Assembly (NCBI GenBank): GCA_044233485.1
Contig: JBIIJY010000001.1
Span: forward strand, 80,701-144,700
DNA from: Minisyncoccia bacterium
GTDB lineage: Bacteria > Patescibacteriota > Minisyncoccia > Phycocordibacterales > UBA6065
Direction of reading: 5' to 3'
Length of the DNA stretch: 64,000 bases
The notes beneath the pieces were generated by a model. That model made no database searches. It had not been told where the DNA came from and saw only the letters and a program-made list of their open reading frames with translations. Position numbers and translations under genes: made by a program. Positions within the stretch are counted from its first letter, which is position 1. Each line of letters opens with the position of its first letter. Shown piece after piece: positions 9,801-16,607 of the stretch.

Positions 9801-10727
9801 TTATTTTGCTGCCACTGGAGCAACTTTAAGCACTTTCTTTTCGCAAGCTACACTACAACCAGTTTTTCCCTGCGCCTCACAATCTTTACAAATTAAGAAC
9901 TGCTTGTGGCACTGCATATTCATACAGTCGCCGAAGTTTTCTGTTGGCGCTTTACAGAGCTTACACTTCCCGATCGGTACACGAGCCGGATCTGTCTCAT
10001 AGGTCATCGTCTTTCGCTTATCAAATGTATAGAGCGAGCCAAGCCAATCTTTTCCTGGATACTTTTTCATATATGAGACGATTCCGCCGGAGAGCTGATA
10101 CACATCCTTGAAGCCGTTGGCCACGAGAAGACCACTCGCCTTCTCACAGCGCACTCCACCAGTACAGACGGTGAGCACTGTTTCGTTTTTATGTTTCTTG
10201 AGCTTTGGAAGAAATTTCGGCAACTCACGGAAATGCTTCATCGGTGGCAAGATCGAACCTTTGAAATGACCCACCCAGTGCTCATAGTCATTGCGCATAT
10301 CGACAATTTTGAATTTCTTCCCCTTTTCAAACCACGTACGGAGTTGTTCTGGACTCAAGTATTTTCCAGTGATCTCTCGCGGATCGATATCTTTTTTTCC
10401 GAGCGTGAGGCTGACAATCTCTGGGCGAGCTTTGATTGAAAGTTTCGGAAAAGCATCTCCCGTACCTTCGGAGAGCTTCCAGTGAATATTCTTGAAACCT
10501 CGAAGCTTGTTCATGTACGAGACATACTTTTTCACATTTTTCTCAGTACCCTCAAGTGTTCCGTTGATTCCTTCTCGGGCAACGATAATACGGCCAGTGA
10601 AGCCAAGTTTCTCACAGAGAGCGCGTTGTTCATCCCGAAACTTCTCTGGATTACGGATGGTCGTGTATTTGTAATAAAGTAATATCTTGTACTGAGGATT
10701 CATGAGCTTCATACTATCTACTGGCAA
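9801..10727 (-). CDS. trhO: Rhodanese-domain protein, UPF0176/YceA family (tRNA uridine-34 hydroxylase TrhO-like)
   Basis: 308 aa; N-terminal YceA-like region, rhodanese active-site Cys (CTGGVRCEKAS) and C-terminal Cys-rich tail. Start may be the internal MKLMNPQ. Confidence 0.75.
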   Translation of the reverse strand: MPVDSMKLMNPQYKILLYYKYTTIRNPEKFRDEQRALCEKLGFTGRIIVAREGINGTLEGTEKNVKKYVSYMNKLRGFKNIHWKLSEGTGDAFPKLSIKARPEIVSLTLGKKDIDPREITGKYLSPEQLRTWFEKGKKFKIVDMRNDYEHWVGHFKGSILPPMKHFRELPKFLPKLKKHKNETVLTVCTGGVRCEKASGLLVANGFKDVYQLSGGIVSYMKKYPGKDWLGSLYTFDKRKTMTYETDPARVPIGKCKLCKAPTENFGDCMNMQCHKQFLICKDCEAQGKTGCSVACEKKVLKVAPVAAK

Positions 10728-10732
10728 GGCAA

Positions 10733-10775
10733 AAGCAAGAGGGCGGGCACTTCGTGCCCGCCCTCTTGCTTTTTT
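10733..10775 (-). terminator. Intrinsic terminator of the DEAD-box helicase gene
   Basis: aaaagcaagagggcgggcac ttc gtgcccgccctcttgctttt, a 20 bp perfect stem. Confidence 0.75.
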
Positions 10776-10783
10776 AGCGCTGA

Positions 10784-12175
10784 TTAGAATCCTTTACGCT
10801 TCACGAATGTAAGAGCGATACCTGCCTTTCCTGCTCGACCAGTACGACCGATTCGGTGTACATAGTCTTCATAAGTAGACGGAAGGTCATAGTTGATCAC
10901 ATGACTCACCCCTTTGATATCGAGACCTCGAGCTGCGACGTCTGTAGCCACGAGAATATTCACATGATTCTGCTTATACAAATCAAGTGCTCGCTTTCGC
11001 TGAGACTGTCGCTTGTCACCGTGAATACAGTCCGCTTTAAATCCGCGAGCGATGAGCTCTTTGGTAAGTCGATCCGCCGAGTGTTTCATCTGAACGAAAA
11101 TCAATACCTTTGAAGCGCCGTCTTTGAGGAGCTCAGTATGAAGTACTTCGAGCTTCTTTGACTCGTCACCGTATTCCACCACATCCTGATCAACGAACTT
11201 TGAGGTATCACCAGTCTTCACTGAAATCATTTTTGGATCTCGGAGAAATTCACCAATGAGTCGATTGACCTCTGGAGTAGTCGTCGCTGAGAAAAAGAGC
11301 GTCTGTCGAGATTTAGGAGTTTTTGAGACAATGTATCGCACGTCAACAATGAATCCCATATCAAGCATTCGGTCTGTTTCATCGAGAACGAGATGTGTAC
11401 ATTCCGAAAGGTCGAGAACGCCACGCTCGATCAAGTCCTTGATTCGTCCTGGTGTACCGATGACAAAATCGTTCACGTACCGGAAACTTCGTTCCTGAGC
11501 ACGCATGTTCGTACCACCAATACACAATACTGAAAAGAGTCCCATGAGTCGTGAGAGTGAGCGAAGTTCTTCTTCAATCTGCACTGCGAGTTCTCGCGTC
11601 GGAGTGACGATGAGCGCCATGAATGGCTTCTTGTGCTTTGCGTGTTGAATAAGAGGGATCAGAAACGCACCTGTCTTACCAGTTCCTGTGTCAGCAATAC
11701 CGACAAGGTCTTGTCCGGTAATAAGCGGGCCAATCGCCTGATCTTGAATCGCACTTGGCTTTTCATACCCCTTGGCAACAATGTTTTTGTAGAGATTCGG
11801 GTCGAGGGCAAAGTCTGCAAATGTGTGAGTAATCGAGAGTGGTGAAAGAACTGCTGCTGGGTCAGCTTTTTTAATAAATCTTGAGATCTGAATATGAGTT
11901 CCATCACTACGGCCACCGCGACCACCACGGAAACCACCACGGCCTCCGCCGAAGCGAGAACTACCACCACTGAAGCGCGAACGTCCACCAAAACTTGGTC
12001 GACTTCCTCCACTAAAGCGAGATGGGCCAGCACTACGAGAAAAACTTCCTCCACCAGTACTTGGTCGAGAAAAACCAGTGCCACTTGAACGAGGTGCACT
12101 ACTATTAAAACTACTAGTTCGGCTACGACCTACTCCCGGACGGGATGCAGACGCACCACTTCGAAATGAATTCAT
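10784..12175 (-). CDS. DEAD-box ATP-dependent RNA helicase with N-terminal RGG/SG-rich low-complexity region
   Basis: 463 aa; Q motif, DTGTGKT (motif I), DETD (Walker B/motif II, the DEAD-position tetrapeptide), SAT and HRIGRTGR. The first ~95 aa are Arg/Gly/Ser repeats (GGRGGFRGGRGGRS). Confidence 0.9.
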   Translation of the reverse strand: MNSFRSGASASRPGVGRSRTSSFNSSAPRSSGTGFSRPSTGGGSFSRSAGPSRFSGGSRPSFGGRSRFSGGSSRFGGGRGGFRGGRGGRSDGTHIQISRFIKKADPAAVLSPLSITHTFADFALDPNLYKNIVAKGYEKPSAIQDQAIGPLITGQDLVGIADTGTGKTGAFLIPLIQHAKHKKPFMALIVTPTRELAVQIEEELRSLSRLMGLFSVLCIGGTNMRAQERSFRYVNDFVIGTPGRIKDLIERGVLDLSECTHLVLDETDRMLDMGFIVDVRYIVSKTPKSRQTLFFSATTTPEVNRLIGEFLRDPKMISVKTGDTSKFVDQDVVEYGDESKKLEVLHTELLKDGASKVLIFVQMKHSADRLTKELIARGFKADCIHGDKRQSQRKRALDLYKQNHVNILVATDVAARGLDIKGVSHVINYDLPSTYEDYVHRIGRTGRAGKAGIALTFVKRKGF

Positions 12176-12291
12176 ATTGTCTAAAATAAGATTAAGACGA
12201 GTCCCAGAAGATGCACTCGTCTTATATCGAGAACAATACGTATCTTTAGAGAATCGTTACTTCGTATTATAACATATAATGTATAAAAAAG

Positions 12292-12332
12292 AAAGCCCAT
12301 CCCCACTTCGTGGGGATGGGCTCGAAATTCAC
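12292..12332. repeat. Copy 1 of a 41 bp perfect direct repeat containing hairpin cccatcccca cttcg tggggatggg
   Basis: Identical to 13064-13104. Reads as a terminator on the minus strand. Confidence 0.85.
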
Positions 12333-12340
12333 TACTGCAG

Positions 12341-12913
12341 CTAATGAGCTAATTGACGCCTCCTAAGTTCAGACTGCTTCTCGATAAGTGCAAGAACCTC
12401 ATCGCAGCTAGCACAGATCTGCATATAACGACCATCGAAATCAGGGTCTTTAATGTTCTCGAAGAGGATCAAGGCTCCGACGGTTTTCAATTCTCGATAC
12501 GGCCACCCATAAAGAGTACAAGCCCCGCCCTCTTCCGATTTAAAACAGATTCTCTTTCGGTCTTTCGCCCCAGCAGAGAAGGTGTCTGTTACCGTAAAAA
12601 TACCCATCGACCAATCATCATACGGGTGCGCTAGAAGCGCATAATCGACGCCATCAACAATTTTTGCGACTTCAGCACGTGTATTCGGCTTATGAAATTT
12701 CCAAGTATGCCTAGGGAAATATCGACGCAGGTGTGGAAGCGGATTCGCACTAAACTCCAAACAGTTCTCAATATAGCCGAATATAGCGCTGAGTGTGCTG
12801 AGCATGGTCTCAGAGGTATTATTACCTATCTTTACCTCATCGAAGGGACCACTCATTACAAGGGCTGCGTTTCGCGAGAGATACGACTCATCACTCTTAA
12901 CATCAATGTTCAT
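12341..12913 (-). CDS. Hypothetical protein (190 aa)
   Basis: Clean ORF bracketed by the two copies of the 41 bp hairpin repeat. No family recognised. Confidence 0.55.
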   Translation of the reverse strand: MNIDVKSDESYLSRNAALVMSGPFDEVKIGNNTSETMLSTLSAIFGYIENCLEFSANPLPHLRRYFPRHTWKFHKPNTRAEVAKIVDGVDYALLAHPYDDWSMGIFTVTDTFSAGAKDRKRICFKSEEGGACTLYGWPYRELKTVGALILFENIKDPDFDGRYMQICASCDEVLALIEKQSELRRRQLAH

Positions 12914-13063
12914 ATAGGACTATCCTACGATCTCACGGATCAGTTCACGCTTGAATTATTTCTTGTTGCCTAGGTGCAGGCAAATCTTACTCTTCGCAAG
13001 ATATACAAATAATAATACACATATTACAGATTGTCAATATTTTTGCTTTACCAGCTAAAACAA

Positions 13064-13104
13064 AAAGCCCATCCCCACTTCGTGGGGATGGGCTCGAAAT
13101 TCAC
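13064..13104. repeat. Copy 2 of the 41 bp perfect direct repeat (hairpin terminator-like)
   Basis: Identical to 12292-12332. Confidence 0.85.
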
Positions 13105-13112
13105 CTCTCCGT

Positions 13113-13430
13113 TCATGGACAACTCCGAAGTTTCTTCCACCCAGCGCTTCTCTCTATAGTTGTGAACGTTGCCGTATGCCGAGGCATCAGATTCACGTTC
13201 ATGACTGGCTCCGGAAGTTTCAGATCGACACTATCAAGAGACCACGTCACCCCAAAGACTTCCATCCTGCCCTGATGGACAAGACGGAGTGCCTCCCTGC
13301 CGGTGATCATTCCTGTCCTTGTGCTGTGAAGTCTCGGTGTAGTTCCACCGACCTGGCCAACATTGTAGAGGTGGTAGATGACCGCCACGAGTGGCGTATC
13401 GATTGGATGTGCACTCATTCCCCACCACAC
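13113..13430 (-). CDS. Possible hypothetical protein (105 aa) in a GC-richer segment
   Basis: Ends 9 nt before repeat copy 2 (terminator-like). Its antisense ORF (13176-13613, plus) runs through tRNA-Gln and is rejected. No homology recognised. Confidence 0.3.
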   Translation of the reverse strand: MWWGMSAHPIDTPLVAVIYHLYNVGQVGGTTPRLHSTRTGMITGREALRLVHQGRMEVFGVTWSLDSVDLKLPEPVMNVNLMPRHTATFTTIERSAGWKKLRSCP

Positions 13431-13497
13431 TACAAAGGAGTTGGTCTAATAGCAAGGACTTCCACTAGGGCTCATTTTGTGTTAATTTCTACAGTAT

Positions 13498-13568
13498 TGC
13501 GGGATCATCTAGTGGTAGGATGCAGCTCTCTGAAAGCTGTCACCTTGGTTCGAATCCAAGTCCCGCAG
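13498..13568 (+). tRNA. tRNA-Gln (anticodon CUG)
   Basis: Acceptor TGCGGGA/TCCCGCA with U1-A72 and G73 as in bacterial tRNA-Gln; anticodon stem CAGCT/AGCTG with loop CTCTGAA; T arm CTTGG-TTCGAAT-CCAAG. CCA is not encoded. Confidence 0.8.
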
Positions 13569-13605
13569 CAAAATTTTCTAACGGAAGATTTTCCGCGGGA
13601 AGCAC
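13547..13605. repeat. 59 bp direct repeat copy 1 (last 22 nt of tRNA-Gln plus 37 nt of 3' trailer); att-like
   Basis: 57/59 identical to 14373-14431. A third 16 nt fragment (tccaagtcccgcagca) lies at 13719-13734. Confidence 0.85.
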
Positions 13606-13809
13606 GCAAATGACTTTGCGTGCGACTTGGATGAGAAAAGGTTGAGTGTATCGCACGGAGCAAAGCGAGTACGATACGAAACCTATACCGTCCATGTAAT
13701 GGAAGAAAAGCGAAGCGGTCCAAGTCCCGCAGCAGTCATGTGATAGGTTCGGGTGACCGAAGGGCGTTAAAATTACACAAAATGCCTAATTTAAACTAGT
13801 ATTAATGCC

Positions 13810-14364
13810 GTGTCGAAAAAACTTAAAAAAATACTCTTGGTTACTTTCGGCATCCTTGTTGGAATAGGACTTATTTTGGTCTTACTTTTTGGGGGTCTAG
13901 TATATCTTTTAAGTGGAGGAAAGATGACAATGCCGAATGATCAGAAAATGATTTCCTCTTTTTACGAACATCAAACAGATTTCGAGACATTAGTAAAAAT
14001 GTCTGATGAAGACTCAAAAGTAACTAGAATCGCTAAAGATTTTACCTGGCTTGATAACACTGTCGCATGGCCACGCTCGGATATTGGTTTTACAGAAGAA
14101 CGCTGGGATGAATATCGGCGTTTATTCAACAATGTAGGTTCCGATACAGGGATCAATCGGAGTAAAGATGGTTCAGTATATATTACAACCTACGCTTTTG
14201 GCCTGGTAACAGGTGGCAATGAAAAGGGATATGTCTACTTGCCAAATCCTCCTAAGAATACTGTTGTTTCAATCGATGACTCAAAATCGTCTGCTCAAAG
14301 CAATATTCCTATTTATCGCCATATTAGTGGTAATTGGTATCTATTTTACAGTTGGGATGACTAG
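13810..14364 (+). CDS. Hypothetical membrane-anchored (N-terminal TM) protein, 184 aa
   Basis: GTG start; N-terminal TM helix followed by a soluble domain. It sits exactly between the two att-like tRNA-Gln repeats. Confidence 0.55.
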   Translation: MSKKLKKILLVTFGILVGIGLILVLLFGGLVYLLSGGKMTMPNDQKMISSFYEHQTDFETLVKMSDEDSKVTRIAKDFTWLDNTVAWPRSDIGFTEERWDEYRRLFNNVGSDTGINRSKDGSVYITTYAFGLVTGGNEKGYVYLPNPPKNTVVSIDDSKSSAQSNIPIYRHISGNWYLFYSWDD

Positions 14365-14372
14365 ACCGAGAC

Positions 14373-14431
14373 GGTTCGAATCTAAGTCCCGCAGCAAAAT
14401 TTTCTAACGGAAAATTTTCCGCGGGAAGCAC
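14373..14431. repeat. 59 bp direct repeat copy 2 (partial tRNA-Gln 3' end plus trailer); attR-like
   Basis: ggttcgaatctaagtcccgcagcaaaattttctaacggaaaattttccgcgggaagcac. Confidence 0.85.
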
Positions 14432-14489
14432 TAAACGACTTTACATCCTCATCTTTTTTGCAAAATTATGCTAAAATTTTGCACATCGT

Positions 14490-15140
14490 ATGAACAACGA
14501 CTTTTACTTTGTAAAAAGCTTGGAAGAAGATTTTCACACTAAAACCCTCAAGGACAAACGTAAGGTTAATTTTCAATCTGTCCAAAACATGATCCGCACG
14601 AAAGTGATTCATCCAAATACGAAGAGTTTTGGAAGAGAATCTCGTTTAAGTACCACTATTCTTAATCCAAACTATCTCAAGACATATCGCCCACAAGGTA
14701 TAATCTTCAAGACTCGGATAGCCCCTTCATATATTCTTCCCTTTGACCTTGTCGTACTCAGTGATGCAAAGAAAATTGTCGTCCACTATTATCGAATAAA
14801 AGATAATCTTCATTTTTATTACAACCACGAGCTAATCCCCGGCTTCGAGCGATTTGTCTTTCGTGATTTTGCAAAACTCATAACCCGATTCCCTACTCAT
14901 CAGAGCGTCTGGAAAGAAGTAAATGCATTCAGGTCTAAAGCAGGATACAAGAGAATGCCACTTACCAAATGGAGACTCATTGAGTATAACGAAGCGGTAT
15001 TCGAACGACCAATACAAATCACGCCAGTCGCTATCTTTGGCTATGGTAAAAACGCGAGAGCGGTAGCAAGACAGTTTGCACTACCCCACTTTAGGACCGC
15101 TAAAGATTTTTATAAAAAAGTGGTTACCGCTAAGGCATAA
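14490..15140 (+). CDS. Hypothetical protein (216 aa), AT-rich, probably foreign
   Basis: Long ORF with markedly lower GC than the neighbours. No family recognised. Confidence 0.55.
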   Translation: MNNDFYFVKSLEEDFHTKTLKDKRKVNFQSVQNMIRTKVIHPNTKSFGRESRLSTTILNPNYLKTYRPQGIIFKTRIAPSYILPFDLVVLSDAKKIVVHYYRIKDNLHFYYNHELIPGFERFVFRDFAKLITRFPTHQSVWKEVNAFRSKAGYKRMPLTKWRLIEYNEAVFERPIQITPVAIFGYGKNARAVARQFALPHFRTAKDFYKKVVTAKA

Positions 15141-15173
15141 TATCTTTTCTTGTATTATTCAAGAAAGTTACAC

Positions 15174-15371
15174 ATGACACACACTCCCGACCCAAAGTTC
15201 ACCCTTCCTCTCCTCGCTATCCTCTCCCTCGCCTGCTCTCGAGTGACTTTCTTTTTCATCAACGACCCAGAAGGCCCAAACCTACTCATTGTCGTTGTCC
15301 TCGCCCTACCCATCTTCGCCATCTTTTCAGTAGCATTACACTTTCTACGGAAAATAAAAATCAGTCGATAG
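15174..15371 (+). CDS. Small hypothetical membrane protein (about 65 aa, 2 TM)
   Basis: ORF directly after the 216 aa gene; the track start is TTG at 15150, and ATG at 15174 is more likely. Hydrophobic LPLLAILSLA and IVVVLALPIFAIFSVAL segments. Confidence 0.4.
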   Translation: MTHTPDPKFTLPLLAILSLACSRVTFFFINDPEGPNLLIVVVLALPIFAIFSVALHFLRKIKISR

Positions 15372-15382
15372 TCTCCCAGAGT

Positions 15383-15430
15383 AAAAAAGCACCCCTACGG
15401 GACGGCTTGCGCATTGAAATTTGCACACCT
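15383..15430. repeat. Copy 1 of an ~45 bp repeat (cccctacgggacggcttgcgcattgaaatt core); decayed copy of the SAHH-like gene's 3' end plus terminator
   Basis: 30 nt identical core, extended similarity to 16561-16607. On the minus strand it encodes ..NFNAQAVP* preceded by an in-frame stop (remnant). Confidence 0.8.
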
Positions 15431-15498
15431 TTGTTGAGACACCTTTCCTCAACTACTTACTATAAGTATACTTAGCACTACTCTAATTTAAGCTAATT

Positions 15499-16029
15499 AT
15501 GTCTAACTTTTTAGTAATAATTGATGGGCCGATGGGTTCAGGAAAAACAACCATCGGTAAGATTCTTCACAAAGAGCTCAAAAGAACAGCGGTCTTAAGT
15601 ACTGATATGATTAAATTTTTTCTCTCCGATTTTGAGAGAGGTGAACGAGACAATGCCTTGACCGCTTCTGTCTTAAGACAAATGTGCAAAGAATACATAC
15701 GAAATGAAATCAATCTTGTACTTGCACAAGGCTTCTGGAAAAAAGAATATCTCGAACCGTATCTTGAAATAGCAAAAGAAAATAATTTGGAAGTCTTTAT
15801 ATATCAATTAGAAGCACCCAAAGAGTTTCTTCTTGAACGGATACGGAACCGACCAAAACCGGAACTGGCACGCACCCCCGTCCCCGAAGAGCGAATACAA
15901 AAGAATCTTAAAACTTGGGAAGAAAATAGATACTCACTCGGGAAAATATTTAACGTCACCGCCCAGTCCTCTGAACAAATCGCGGCGGAGATATTACTGG
16001 ATTTAAAGAAGTTCAACTTCTCAGAATAA
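15499..16029 (+). CDS. P-loop NTPase, predicted kinase (AAA_33/zeta-toxin/polynucleotide-kinase-like)
   Basis: 176 aa; Walker A GPMGSGKTT at the N-terminus with a small nucleotide-kinase-like layout. Confidence 0.6.
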   Translation: MSNFLVIIDGPMGSGKTTIGKILHKELKRTAVLSTDMIKFFLSDFERGERDNALTASVLRQMCKEYIRNEINLVLAQGFWKKEYLEPYLEIAKENNLEVFIYQLEAPKEFLLERIRNRPKPELARTPVPEERIQKNLKTWEENRYSLGKIFNVTAQSSEQIAAEILLDLKKFNFSE

Positions 16030-16101
16030 GATTATTGCTCATACTCGCCTGAAAGGTTTTCTATTAATCACAAACAAGGCTATCTCTTATATACTCTCAA
16101 C

Positions 16102-16518
16102 ATGCACCCGCAAAAACCTCCCCTTCTCTATCACGGTTCAGTCACCCAAGACATAAAAGCACTCGAACCCCGTCACCGCTATTCACCAGCAGGGAAAATA
16201 CACTATGGAGCAGTGTATGCGACCCCGCTTCCCGCTTTTGCTGTCGCCCACAGCTTCCCTTGGTCGAGTGATGAAGGGATCGGACTCGATGTCGTCGGCG
16301 AAACTGTCTCCATCTCCATACCCACAAAACTCCGAGAGCGCCTCTTGCAACCTATTTCGATATACACAGTCTCATCAGCAGATTTTGAATTCACCACAGA
16401 AGAAAGTTCTGGTGCTACCTGGCACAGCAAAGTCGAGGTTCCAGTCCTCGAAGAAGTAAAATATGCGACAGTGGAAGAAGCTCTCAAAAAATACGGAGCG
16501 ACACTTGAATACATCTAG
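16102..16518 (+). CDS. Hypothetical protein with Tpt1/KptA-like or ART-like motif (KPPLLYHGS)
   Basis: 138 aa; N-terminal PPLLYHGS followed by an aromatic strand (KIHYGAVYAT). This resembles the HG[ST] NAD-binding motif of RNA 2'-phosphotransferase Tpt1 and the H-Y-E ADP-ribosyltransferases. It is too short for a complete Tpt1. Confidence 0.5.
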   Translation: MHPQKPPLLYHGSVTQDIKALEPRHRYSPAGKIHYGAVYATPLPAFAVAHSFPWSSDEGIGLDVVGETVSISIPTKLRERLLQPISIYTVSSADFEFTTEESSGATWHSKVEVPVLEEVKYATVEEALKKYGATLEYI

Positions 16519-16560
16519 CGCTCACCCCCCGTCGGAGTTCTGTAATCCATACTCAAAAAT

Positions 16561-16607
16561 AAAAAACCGCCCCTACGGGACGGCTTGCGCATTGAAATTC
16601 GTATACC
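16561..16607. repeat. Copy 2 of the ~45 bp repeat; here it forms the genuine last 8 codons plus terminator of the 401 aa gene
   Basis: Minus strand reads aat ttc aat gcg caa gcc gtc ccg tag (NFNAQAVP*), then ccgtccc gta ggggcgg + TTTTTT. Confidence 0.8.

Noticed and set aside
9746-9823. Upstream extension of the AI-2E transporter ORF
   Set aside because: A perfect palindromic terminator (9762-9797) lies inside the extension. The hydrophobic core starts at MNTQKLQ.
13176-13613. 145 aa plus-strand ORF
   Set aside because: It reads straight through tRNA-Gln (13498-13568) on the same strand and has a His/Arg/Cys-rich, non-protein-like composition. It is antisense to a more plausible minus-strand ORF.
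13505-13723. 72 aa minus-strand ORF
   Set aside because: It is antisense to and overlaps the tRNA-Gln gene and the att-like repeat, and is spurious.
13498-15371. Intact integrative mobile element at tRNA-Gln
   Set aside because: att-like repeats are present, but no integrase, excisionase or transposase ORF is recognisable in the window. I report it as a scar or hotspot rather than a mobile_element feature.
12292-16607. CRISPR array
   Set aside because: The direct repeats occur only as pairs (or a pair plus a 16 nt fragment), with spacers of 0.77-1.2 kb containing genes and no regular ~30 bp spacing. No cas genes are present.
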